Shown: one piece after another, positions 11,750-25,300 of the stretch
Layout of the letters: each line of letters begins with the position of its first letter
How positions within the stretch are numbered: position 1 is the first letter of the stretch
NCBI GenBank assembly: GCA_964016885.1
Contig: OZ024745.1
Span: 65,162,001 to 65,226,000, forward strand
Source: Eledone cirrhosa
Taxonomy: Eukaryota
Length of the DNA: 64,000 nucleotides
Direction: 5' to 3'
Position numbers and translations under genes: made by a program
Notes under the pieces: model-generated
Database searches by the model: none
Told to the model about the DNA's origin: nothing
Seen by the model: only the letters and a program-made list of their open reading frames with translations

Positions 11750-14700
11750 ATCCATTTTTTATTTGGGGGGATCCATTTTTTATTTGGGTGATCCATTTTT
11801 TATTTGGGGGATCCATTTTTTATTTGGGTGATCCATTTTTTATTTGGGGGATCCTATTTTATTTGGGTGATCCATTTTTTATTTGGGTGATCCATTTTTT
11901 AATTGGGTGATCCATTTTTTATTTGGGGGATCCATTTTTTATTTGGGTGATCCATTTTTTAGTTGGGTGGTCCATTTTTTATTTGGGTGATCCATTCTTT
12001 ATTTGGGGGATCCATTTTTTATTTGGGTGATCCATTTTTTATTTGGGGATCCATTTTTTATTTGGGTGATCCATTTTTTATTTGGGTGATCCATTTTTTA
12101 TTTGGGGGATCCATTTTTTATTTGGGTGATTCATTTTTTATTTGGGGGGTCCATTTTTTATTTGGGGGATCCATTTTTATTTGGGTGATCCATTTTTTAT
12201 TTGGGGGATCCATTTTTTATTTGGGTGATCCATTTTTTATTTGGGTTGATCCCTTTTTTATTTGGGGGATCCATTTTTCATTTGGGTGATCCATTTTTTA
12301 TTTGGAGGATCCACTTTTTATTTGGGTGATCCATTTTTTATTTGAGGGATCCATTTTATATTTGGGTGATCCATTTTTTATTTGGGGGATCCATTATTTA
12401 TTTGGGTGATCCATTTTTTATTTGGGTGATCCATTTTTTATTTGGGTGATCCATTTTTTATTTGGATGATCCATTTTTTATTTGGGGGATCCATTTTTTA
12501 TTTGGGTGATCCATTTTTTATTTGGGTGATCCATTTTTTATTTGGGGGATCCATTTTTTATTTGGGTGATCCATTTTTTATTTGGGTGATCCATTTTTTA
12601 TTTGGGGGATCCATTTTTTATTTGGGTGATCCATTTTTTATTTGGGGGATCCTTTTTTTATTTGGGTGATCCATTTTTTATTTGGGTGATCCATTTTTTA
12701 TTTGGGGGATCCATTTTTTATTTGGGTGATCCATTTTTTATTTGGGTGATCCATTTTTTATTTGGGGGATCCATTTTTTATTTGGGTGATCCATTTTTTA
12801 TTTGGGGGATCCATTTTTTATTTGGGGGATCCATTTTTTATTTGGGTGATCCATTTTTTATATGGGTGATCCATTTTTTATTTGGGGGGATCCATTTTTA
12901 ATTTGGGTGATCCATTTTTTATTTGGGGGATCCATTTTTTATTTGGGTGATCCATTTTTTATTTGGGGGATTCATTTTTTATTTGGGTGATCCATTTTTT
13001 ATTTGGGTGATCCATTTTTTAATTGGGTGATCCATTTTTTATTTGGGGGATCCATTTTTTATTTGGGTGATCCATTTTTTAGTTGGGTGGTCCATTTTCT
13101 ATTTGGGTGATCCATTTTTTATTTGGGGGATCCATTTTTTATTTGGGTGATCCATTTTTTATTTGGGAATCCATTTTTTATTTGGGTGAGCCATTTTTTA
13201 TTTGGGTGATCCATTTTTTATTTGGGGGATCCATTTTTTATTTGGGTGATTCATTTTTTATTTGGGGGGTCCATTTTTTATTTGGGGGATCCATTTTTAT
13301 TTGGGTGATCCATTTTCTATTTGGGGGATCCATTTTTTATTTGGGTGATCCATTTTTTATTTGGGTTGATCCCTTTTTTATTTGGGGGATCCATTTTTTA
13401 TTTGGGTGATCCATTTTTTATTTGGGGGATCCATTTTTTATTTGGGTGATCCATTTTTTATTTGAGGGATCCATTTTATATTTGGGTGATCCATTTTTTA
13501 TTTGGGGGATCCATTATTTATTTGGGTGATCCATTTTTTATTTGGGTGATCCATTTTTTTATTTGGGTGATCCATTTTTTATTTGGGTGATCCATTTTTT
13601 ATTTGGGTGATACATTTTTTATTTGGGGGATCCATTTTTTATTTGGGTGATCCATTTTTTATTTGGGTGATCCATTTTTTATTTGAGGGATCCATTTTAT
13701 ATTTGGGTGATCCATTTTTTATTTGGGTGATCCATTTTTTATTTGGGGGATCCATTTTTTATTTGGGGGATCCATTTTTTATTTGGGGGATCTATTTTTT
13801 ATTTGGGGGATCCATTTTTTATTTCGGGGATCCATTTTTTATTTGGGTGATTCATTTTTTATTTGGGGGATCCATTTTTTATTTGGGTGATCCATTTTTT
13901 TAATTTGGGGGTTCATTTTTTATTTGGGTGATCCATTTTTTATTTGGGTGATCCATTTTTTAATTGGGTGATCCATTTTTATTTGGGTGATCCATTTTTT
14001 ACTTGGGGGATCCATTTTTTATTTGGGGGATCCTTTTTTTATTTGGGTGATCCATTTTTTATTTGGGTGATCCATTTTTTATTTGGGGGATCCATTTTTT
14101 ATTTGGGTGATCCATTTTTTATTTGGGTGATCCATTTTTTATTTGGGGGATCCATTTTTTATTTGGGGGATCCATTTTTTATTTGGGGGATCCATTTTTT
14201 ATTTGGGGGATCCATTTTTTATTTGGGTGATCCATTTTTTATATGGGTGATCCATTTTTTATTTGGGGGGATCCATTTTTTATTTGGGTGATCCATTTTT
14301 TATTTGGGGGATCCATTTTTTATTTGGGTGATCCATTTTTTATTTGGGGGATCCTATTTTATTTGGGTGATCCATTTTTTATTTGGGTGATCCATTTTTT
14401 AATTGGGTGATCCATTTTTTATTTGGGGGATCCATTTTTTATTTGGGTGATCCATTTTTTAGTTGGGTGGTCCATTTTTTATTTGGGTGATCCATTCTTT
14501 ATTTGGGGGATCCATTTTTTATTTGGGTGATCCATTTTTTATTTGGGGATCCATTTTTTATTTGGGTGATCCATTTTTTATTTGGGGGATCCATTTTTTA
14601 TTTGGGTGATCCATTTTTTATATGGGTGATCCATTTTTTATTTGGGGGGATCCATTTTTTATTTGGGTGATCCATTTTTTATTTGGGGGATCCATTTTTT

Positions 14701-16980
14701 ATTTGGGTGATCCATTTTTTATTTGGGGGATCCTATTTTATTTGGGTGATCCATTTTTTAGTTGGGTGGTCCATTTTTTATTTGGGTGATCCATTTTTTA
14801 TTTGGGGGATCCATTTTTTATTTGGGTGATTCATTTTTTATTTGGGGGGTCCATTTTTTATTTGGGGGATCCATTTTTATTTGGGTGATCCATTTTTTAT
14901 TTGGGGGATCCATTTTTTATTTGGGTGATCCATTTTTTATTTGGGTTGATCCCTTTTTTATTTGGGGGATCCATTTTTCATTTGGGTGATCCATTTTTTA
15001 TTTGGAGGATCCACTTTTTATTTGGGTGATCCATTTTTTATTTGAGGGATCCATTTTATATTTGGGTGATCCATTTTTTATTTGGGGGATCCATTATTTA
15101 TTTGAGTGATCCATTTTTTATTTGGGTGATCCATTTTTTATTTGGGTGATCCATTTTTTATTTGGATGATCCATTTTTTATTTGGGGGATCCATTTTTTA
15201 TTTGGGTGATCCATTTTTTATTTGGGTGATCCATTTTTTATTTGGGGGATCCATTTTTTATTTGGGTGATCCATTTTTTATTTGGGTGATCCATTTTTTA
15301 TTTGGGGGATCCATTTTTTATTTGGGTGATCCATTTTTTATTTGGGGGATCCTTTTTTTATTTGGGTGATCCATTTTTTATTTGGGTGATCCATTTTTTA
15401 TTTGGGGGATCCATTTTTTATTTGGGTGATCCATTTTTTATTTGGGTGATCCATTTTTTATTTGGGGGATCCATTTTTTATTTGGGTGATCCATTTTTTA
15501 TTTGGGGGATCCATTTTTTATTTGGGGGATCCATTTTTTATTTGGGTGATCCATTTTTTATATGGGTGATCCATTTTTTATTTGGGGGGATCCATTTTTA
15601 ATTTGGGTGATCCATTTTTTATTTGGGGGATCCATTTTTTATTTGGGTGATCCATTTTTTATTTGGGGGATTCATTTTTTATTTGGGTGATCCATTTTTT
15701 ATTTGGGTGATCCATTTTTTAATTGGGTGATCCATTTTTTATTTGGGGGATCCATTTTTTATTTGGGTGATCCATTTTTTAGTTGGGTGGTCCATTTTCT
15801 ATTTGGGTGATCCATTTTTTATTTGGGGGATCCATTTTTTATTTGGGTGATCCATTTTTTATTTGGGAATCCATTTTTTATTTGGGTGAGCCATTTTTTA
15901 TTTGGGTGATCCATTTTTTATTTGGGGGATCCATTTTTTATTTGGGTGATTCATTTTTTATTTGGGGGGTCCATTTTTTATTTGGGGGATCCATTTTTAT
16001 TTGGGTGATCCATTTTCTATTTGGGGGATCCATTTTTTATTTGGGTGATCCATTTTTTATTTGGGTTGATCCCTTTTTTATTTGGGGGATCCATTTTTTA
16101 TTTGGGTGATCCATTTTTTATTTGGGGGATCCATTTTTTATTTGGGTGATCCATTTTTTATTTGAGGGATCCATTTTATATTTGGGTGATCCATTTTTTA
16201 TTTGGGGGATCCATTATTTATTTGGGTGATCCATTTTTTATTTGGGTGATCCATTTTTTTATTTGGGTGATCCATTTTTTATTTGGGTGATCCATTTTTT
16301 ATTTGGGTGATACATTTTTTATTTGGGGGATCCATTTTTTATTTGGGTGATCCATTTTTTATTTGGGTGATCCATTTTTTATTTGAGGGATCCATTTTAT
16401 ATTTGGGTGATCCATTTTTTATTTGGGTGATCCATTTTTTATTTGGGGGATCCATTTTTTATTTGGGGGATCCATTTTTTATTTGGGGGATCTATTTTTT
16501 ATTTGGGGGATCCATTTTTTATTTCGGGGATCCATTTTTTATTTGGGTGATTCATTTTTTATTTGGGGGATCCATTTTTTATTTGGGTGATCCATTTTTT
16601 TAATTTGGGGGTTCATTTTTTATTTGGGTGATCCATTTTTTATTTGGGTGATCCATTTTTTAATTGGGTGATCCATTTTTATTTGGGTGATCCATTTTTT
16701 ACTTGGGGGATCCATTTTTTATTTGGGGGATCCTTTTTTTATTTGGGTGATCCATTTTTTATTTGGGTGATCCATTTTTTATTTGGGGGATCCATTTTTT
16801 ATTTGGGTGATCCATTTTTTATTTGGGTGATCCATTTTTTATTTGGGGGATCCATTTTTTATTTGGGGGATCCATTTTTTATTTGGGGGATCCATTTTTT
16901 ATTTGGGGGATCCATTTTTTATTTGGGTGATCCATTTTTTATATGGGTGATCCATTTTTTATTTGGGGGGATCCATTTTT
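11750..16980 (+). repeat. Tandem duplication, unit ~2.5-2.7 kb, 2 copies
   Basis: ORF pairs at offset 2700: 12442/15142, 12602/15302, 13083/15783, 13583/16283, 13944/16644. Private markers are GGGAATCC ~13165/15865, TCTATTTT 13791/16491 and GTTCATT 13911/16611. ATCCTATTTT at 11851/14351 has offset 2500. Confidence 0.9.
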
Positions 16981-18100
16981 AATTTGGGTGATCCATTTTT
17001 TATTTGGGGGATCCATTTTTTATTTGGGTGATCCATTTTTTATTTGGGGGATTCATTTTTTATTTGGGTGATCCATTTTTTATTTGGGTGATCCATTTTT
17101 TAATTGGGTGATCCATTTTTTATTTGGGGGATCCATTTTTTATTTGGGTGATCCATTTTTTAGTTGGGTGGTCCATTTTTTATTTGGGTGATCCATTTTT
17201 TATTTGGGGGATCCATTTTTTATTTGGGTGATCCATTTTTTATTTGGGAATCCATTTTTTATTTGGGTGAGCCATTTTTTATTTGGGTGATCCATTTTTT
17301 ATTTGGGGGATCCATTTTTTATTTGGGTGATTCATTTTTTATTTGGGGGGTCCATTTTTTATTTGGGGGATCCATTTTTATTTGGGTGATCCATTTTCTA
17401 TTTGGGGGATCCATTTTTTATTTGGGTGATCCATTTTTTATTTGGGTTGATCCCTTTTTTATTTGGGGGATCCATTTTTTATTTGGGTGATCCATTTTTT
17501 ATTTGGGGGATCCATTTTTTATTTGGGTGATCCATTTTTTATTTGAGGGATCCATTTTATATTTGGGTGATCCATTTTTTATTTGGGGGATCCATTATTT
17601 ATTTGGGTGATCCATTTTTTATTTGGGTGATCCATTTTTTTATTTGGGTGATCCATTTTTTATTTGGGTGATCCATTTTTTATTTGGGTGATACATTTTT
17701 TATTTGGGGGATCCATTTTTTATTTGGGTGATCCATTTTTTATTTGGGTGATCCATTTTTTATTTGAGGGTTCCATTTTATATTTGGGTGATCCATTTTT
17801 TATTTGGGTGATCCATTTTTTATTTGGGGGATCCATTTTTTATTTGGGGGATCCATTTTTTATTTGGGGGATCCATTTTTTATTTGGGGGATCCATTTTT
17901 TATTTCGGGGATCCATTTTTTATTTGGGTGATTCATTTTTTATTTGGGGGATCCATTTTTTATTTGGGTGATCCATTTTTTTAATTTGGGGGTCCATTTT
18001 TTATTTGGGTGATCCATTTTTTATTTGGGTGATCCATTTTTTAATTGGGTGATCCATTTTTATTTGGGTGATCCATTTTTTACTTGGGGGATCCATTTTT
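15340..18100 (+). repeat. Tandem duplication, unit ~1,381 bp, overlapping the 2.7-kb duplication
   Basis: ORF pairs 15783/17164 and 16283/17664 (offset 1381). A third copy of the GGGAATCC and GTGAGCC markers lies at ~17246-17273. Confidence 0.85.
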
Positions 18101-19300
18101 TATTTGGGTGATCCATTTTTTATTTTGCTGATTCATTTTTTATTTGGGTGATCCATTTTTTATTTGGGGGATCCATTTTTTATTTGGGTGAACCATTTTT
18201 TATTTGGGGGATCCATTTTTTATTTGGGTGATCCATTTTTTATTTGGGTGATCCATTTTTTATTTGGGGGATCCATTTTTTATTTGGGTGATCCATTTTT
18301 TTATTTGGGTGATCCATTTTTTATTTGGGTGATACATTTTTTATTTGGGTGATACATTTTTTATTTGGGGGATCCATTTTTTATTTGGGTGATCCATTTT
18401 TTATTTGGGTGATCCATTTTTTATTTGAGGGATCCATTTTATATTTGGGTGATCCATTTTTTATTTGGGGGATCCATTTTTTATTTGGGTGATCCATTTT
18501 TTATTTGGGGGATCCATTTTTTATTTGGGTGATCCATTTTTTATTTGAGGGATCCATTTTATATTTGGGTGATCCATTTTTTATTTGGGGGATCCATTAT
18601 TTATTTGGGTGATCCATTTTTTATTTGGGTGATCCATTTTTTTATTTGGGTGATCCATTTTTTATTTGGGTGATCCATTTTTTATTTGGGTGATACATTT
18701 TTTATTTGGGGGATCCATTTTTTATTTGGGTGATCCATTTTTTATTTGGGTGATCCATTTTTTATTTGAGGGATCCATTTTATATTTGGGTGATCCATTT
18801 TTTATTTGGGTGATCCATTTTTTATTTGGGGGATCCATTTTTTATTTGGGGGATCCATTTTTTATTTGGGGGATCCATTTTTTATTTGGGGGATCCATTT
18901 TTTATTTCGGGGATCCATTTTTTATTTGGGTGATTCATTTTTTATTTGGGGGATCCATTTTTTATTTGGGTGATCCATTTTTTTAATTTGGGGGTCCATT
19001 TTTTATTTGGGTGATCCATTTTTTATTTGGGTGATCCATTTTTTAATTGGGTGATCCATTTTTATTTGGGTGATCCATTTTTTACTTGGGGGATCCATTT
19101 TTTATTTGGGTGATCCATTTTTTATTTTGCTGATTCATTTTTTATTTGGGTGATCCATTTTTTATTTGGGGGATCCATTTTTTATTTGGGTGAACCATTT
19201 TTTATTTGGGGGATCCATTTTTTATTTGGGTGATCCATTTTTTATTTGGGTGATCCATTTTTTATTTGGGGGATCCATTTTTTATTTGGGGGATCCATTT
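17470..19300 (+). repeat. Tandem duplication, unit ~1,002 bp
   Basis: ORF pairs 17664/18666 and 18164/19166. The order of GATAC, GAGG, TTCGG, T7-AATTTGGGGGTCC, TTACTT, TTGCTGATTC and GAACC variant monomers is the same in both copies. Confidence 0.82.
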
Positions 19301-22300
19301 TTTATTTGGGTGATCCATTTTTATTTGGAGATCCATTTTGTATTTGGGTGATCCATTTTTTAATTGGGTGATCCATTTGTTATTTGGGTGATCCATTTTT
19401 TATTTGGGGGATCCATTTTTTATTTGGGTGATCCATTTTTTATTTGGGTGGTCCATTTTTTATTTGGGTGATCCATTTTTTATTTGGGGGATCCATTTTT
19501 TATTTGGGTGATCCATTTTTTATTTGGGGATACATTTTTTATTTGGGTGATCCATTTTTTATTTGGGTGATCCATTTTTTATTTGGGGGATACATTTTTT
19601 ATTTGGGTGATCCATTTTTTATTTGGGGGGTCCATTTTTTATTTGGGGGATCCATTTTTATTTGGGTGATCCATTTTTTATTTGGGGGATCCATTTTTTA
19701 TTTGGGTGATCCCTTTTTTATTTGGGGGATCCATTTTTTATTTGGGTGATCCATTTTTTATTTGGGGGATCTATTTTTTATTTGGGGGATTCATTTTTTA
19801 TTTGGGTGATCCATTTTTTATTAGGGGGGTCCATTTTTTATTTGGGTGATCCATTTTTATTTGGAGATCCATTTTTTATTTAGGTGATCCATTTTATAAT
19901 TGGGTGATCCATTTTTTATTTGGGTGATCCATTTTTTATTTGGGTGATCCATTTTTTATTTGGGGGATCCATTTTTTATTTGGGTGATCCATTTTTTATT
20001 TGGGTGATCCATTTTTTATTTGAGGGACCCATTTTATATTTGGGTGATCCATTTTTTATTTGGGTGATCCATTTTTTATTTGGGGGATCCATTTTTTATT
20101 TGGGGGATCCATTTTTTATTTGGGGGATCCATTTTTTATTTGGGGGATCCATTTTTTATTTCGGGGATCCATTTTTTATTTGGGTGATCCATTTTTTATT
20201 TGGGGGATCCATTTTTTATTTGGGTGATCCATTTTTTATTTGGGTGATCCATTTTTTATTTGGGGGATCCATTTTTTATTTGGGGGATCCATTTTTTATT
20301 TGGGTGATCCATTTTTATTTGGAGATCCATTTTGTATTTGGGTGATCCATTTTGTATTTGGGGGATCCATTTTTTAATTGGGTGATCCATTTTTTATTTG
20401 GGGGATCCATTTTTTATTTGGGGGATCCATTTTTTATTTGGGGGATCCATTGTTTATTTGGTTGATCCATTTTTTATTTGGGTGATCCATTTTTTATTTG
20501 GGGGATCCATTTTTTATTTGGGTGATCCATTTTTTATTTGGGTGATCCATTTTTTATTTGGGTGATCCATTTTTTATTTGTGGGAACCATTTTTTATTTG
20601 GGTGATCCATTTTTTATTTGGGGGATCCTTTTTTTATTTGGGTGATCCATTTTTTATTTGGGTGATCCATTTTTTATTTGGGGGATCCATTTTTTATTTG
20701 GGTGATCCATTTTTTATTTGGGTGATACATTTTTTATTTGGGGGATCCATTTTTTATTTGGGTGATCCATTTTTTATTTGGGGGATCCATTTTTTATTTG
20801 GGGGATCCATTTTTTATTTGGGTGATCCATTTTTTATTTGGGTGATCCATTTTTTATTTGGGGCGATCCATTTTTTATTTGGTGATCCATTTTTTATTTG
20901 GGGGATCCATTTTTTATTTGGGTGATCCATTTTTTATTTGGGGGATCCATTTTTTATTTGGGTGATCCATTTTTTATTTGGGTGATCCATTTTTTAATTG
21001 GGTGATCCATTTTTTATTTGGGGGATCCATTTTTTAGTTGGGTGGTCCATTTTTTATTTGGGTGATCCATTTTTTATTTGGGGGATCCATTTTTTATTTG
21101 GGTGATCCATTTTTTATTTGGGGATCCATTTTTTATTTGGGTGATCCATTTTTTATTTGGGTGATCCATTTTTTATTTGGGGGATCCATTTTTTATTTGG
21201 GTGATTCATTTTTTATTTGGGGGGTCCATTTTTTATTTGGGGGATCCATTTTTATTTGGGTGATCCATTTTATATTTGGGGGATCCATTTTTTATTTGGG
21301 TGATCCATTTTTTATTTGGGTTGATCCCTTTTTTATTTGGGGGATCCATTTTTTATTTGGGTGATCCATTTTTTATTTGGAGGATCCACTTTTTATTTGG
21401 GTGATCCATTTTTTATTTGAGGGATCCATTTTATATTTGGGTGATCCATTTTTTATTTGGGGGATCCATTATTTATTTGGGTGATCCATTTTTTATTTGG
21501 GTGATCCATTTTTTATTTGGGTGATCCATTTTTTATTTGGGTGATCCATTTTTTATTTGGATGATCCATTTTTTATTTGGGGGATCCATTTTTTATTTGG
21601 GTGATCCATTTTTTATTTGGGGATCCATTTTTTATTTGGGTGATCCATTTTTTATTTGGGTGATCCATTTTTTATTTGGGGGATACATTTTTTATTTGGG
21701 TGATCCATTTTTTATTTGGGGGGGTCCATTTTTTATTTGGGGGATCCATTTTTATTTGGGTGATCCATTTTTTATTTGGGGGATCCATTTTTTATTTGGG
21801 TGATCCCTTTTTTATTTGGGGGATCCATTTTTTATTTGGGTGATCCATTTTTTATTTGGGGGATCCATTTTTTATTTGGGGGATTCATTTTTTATTTGGG
21901 TGATCCATTTTTTATTAGGGGGATCCATTTTTTATTTGGGTGATCCATTTTTATTTGGAGATCCATTTTTTATTTAGGTGATCCATTTTATAATTGGGTG
22001 ATCCATTTTTTATTTGGGGGATCCATTTTTTATTTGGGGGATCCATTATTTATTTGGGTGATCCATTTTTTATTTGGGTGATCCATTTTTTATTTGGGTG
22101 ATCCATTTTTTATTTGGGTGATCCATTTTTTATTTGGGTGATCCATTTTTTATTTGGGGGATCCATTTTTTATTTGGGTGATCCATTTTTTATTTGGGGG
22201 ATCCATTTTTTATTTGGGTGATCCATTTTTTATTTGGGGGATCCATTTTTTATTTCGGGGATCCATTTTATATTTGGGTGATTCATTTTTTATTTGGGGG

Positions 22301-25300
22301 ATCCATTTTTTATTTTGGGTGATCCATTTTTTATTAGGGGGATCCATTTTTTATTTGGGTGATCCATTTTTATTTGTAGATCCATTTTTTATTTGGGCGA
22401 TCCATTTTTTAATTGGATGATCCATTTTTTATTTGGGGGATCCATTTTTTATTTGGGGGATCCATTATTTATTTGGGTGATCCATTTTTTATTTGGGTGA
22501 TCCATTTTTTATTCGGGGGATCCATTTTTTATTTGGGTGATCCATTTTTTATTTGGGTGATCCATTTTTTAATTGGGGATCCATTTTTTATTTAGTTGAT
22601 CCATTTTTTAATTGGGTGATGCATTTTTTATTTGGGGGATCCATTTTTTATTTGGGGGATCCATTTTTTATTTGGGGGATCCATTGTTTATTTGGGTGAT
22701 CCATTTTTTATTTGGGTGATCCATTTTTTATTTGGGGGATCCATTTTGTATTTGGGTGATCCATTTTTTATTTGGGTGATCCATTTTTTATTTGGGTGAT
22801 CCATTTTTTATTTGTGGGATCCATTTTTTATTTGGGTGATCCATTTTTTATTTGGGGGATCCTTTTTTTATTTGGGTGATCCATTTTTTATTTGGGTGAT
22901 CCATTTTTTATTTGGGGGATCCATTTTTTATTTGGGTGATCCATTTTTTATTTGGGTGATCCATTTTTTATTTGGGGGATCCATTTTTTATTTGGGTGAT
23001 CCATTTTTTATTTGGGGGATCCATTTTTTATTTGGGGGATCCATTTTTTATTTGGGTGATCCATTTTTTATATGGGTGATCCATTTTTTATTTGGGGGGA
23101 TCCATTTTTAATTTGGGTGATCCATTTTTTATTTGGGGGATCCATTTTTTATTTGGGTGATCCATTTTTTATTTGGGGGATCCATTTTTTATTTGGGTGA
23201 TCCATTTTTTATTTGGGTGATCCATTTTTTAATTGGGTGATCCATTTTTTATTTGGGGGATCCATTTTTTATTTGGGTGATCCATTTTTTAGTTGGGTGG
23301 TCCATTTTTTATTTGGGTGATCCATTTTTTATTTGGGGGATCCATTTTTTATTTGGGTGATCCATTTTTTATTTGGGGATCCATTTTTTATTTGGGTGAT
23401 CCATTTTTTATTTGGGTGATCCATTTTTTATTTGGGGGATCCATTTTTTATTTGGGTGATTCATTTTTTAATTGGGGGGTCCATTTTTTATTTGGGGGAT
23501 CCATTTTTATTTGGGTGATCCATTTTTTATTTGGGGGATCCATTTTTTATTTGGGTGATCCATTTTTTATTTGGGTTGATCCCTTTTTTATTTGGGGGAT
23601 CCATTTTTTATTTGGGTGATCCATTTTTTATTTGGGGGATCCATTTTTTATTTGGGTGATCCATTTTTTATTTGAGGGATCCATTTTATATTTGGGTGAT
23701 CCATTTTTTATTTGGGGGATCCATTATTTATTTGGGTGATCCATTTTTTATTTGGGTGATCCATTTTTTATTTGGGTGATCCATTTTTTATTTGGGTGAT
23801 CCATTTTTTATTTGGGGATCCATTTTTTATTTGGGTGATCCATTTTTTATTTGGGTGATCCATTTTTTATTTGGGGGATCCATTTTTTATTTGGGTGATC
23901 CATTTTTTATTTGGGGATCCATTTTTTATTTGGGTGATCCATTTTTTATTTGGGTGATCCATTTTTTATTTGGGGGATCCATTTTTTATTTGGGTGATCC
24001 ATTTTTTATTTGGGGGTCCATTTTTTATTTGGGGGATCCATTTTTATTTGGGTGATCCATTTTTTATTTGGGGGATCCATTTTTTATTTGAGTGATCCAT
24101 TTTTTATTTGGGTTGATCCCTTTTTTATTTGGGGGATCCATTTTTTATTTGGGTGATCCATTTTTTATTTGGGGGATCCATTTTTTATTTGGGGGATCCA
24201 TTTTTTATTTGGTTGATCCATTTTTTATTAGGGGGATCCATATTTTATTTGGGTGATCCATTTTAATTTGGAGATCCATTTTTTGTTTAGGTGATCCATT
24301 TTATAATTGGGTGATCCATTTTTTATTTGGGGGATCCATTTTTTATTTGGGGGATCCATTATTTATTTGGGTGATCCATTTTTTATTTGGGTGATCCATT
24401 TTTTATTTGGGTGATCCATTTTTTATTTGGGTGATCCATTTTTTATTTGGGTGATCCATTTTTTATTTGGGGGATCCATTTTTTATTTGGGTGATCCATT
24501 TTTTATTTGGGTGATCCATTTTTTATTTGAGGGATCCATTTTATATTTGGGTGATCCATTTTTTATATGGGTGATCCATTTTTTATTTGGGGGATCCATT
24601 TTTTATTTGGGGGATCCATTTTTTATTTGGGGGATCCATTTTTTATTTGGGGGATCCATTTTTTATTTCGGGGATCCATTTTTTATTTGGGTGATTCATT
24701 TTTTATTTGGGGGATCCATTTTTTATTTGGGTAATCCATTTTTTTTATTTGGGGGTCCATTTTTTATTTGGGTGATCCATTTTTTATTTGGATGACCCAT
24801 TTTTTAATTGGGTGATCCATTTTTATTTGGGTGATCCATTTTTTACTTGGGGGATCCATTTTTTATTTGGGTGATCCATTTTTTATTTTGCTGATTCATT
24901 TTTTATTTGGGTGATCCATTTTTTATTTGGGGGATCCATTTTTTATTTGGGTGAACCATTTTTTATTTGGGAGATCCATTTTTTATTTGGGTGATCCATT
25001 TTTTATTTGGGTGATCCATTTTTTATTTGGGGGATCCATTTTTTATTTGGGTGATCCATTTTTTATTTGGGTGATCCATTTTTTATTTGGGGGATCCATT
25101 TTTTATTTGGGGGATCCATTTTTTATTTGGGTGATCCATTTTTATTTGGAGATCCATTTTGTATTTGGGTGATCCATTTTTTAATTGGGTGATCCATTTT
25201 TTATTTGGGTGATCCATTTTTTATTTGGGTGGTCCATTTTTTATTTGGGTGATCCATTTTTTATTTGGTGGATCGATTTTTTATTTGGGTGATCCATTTT

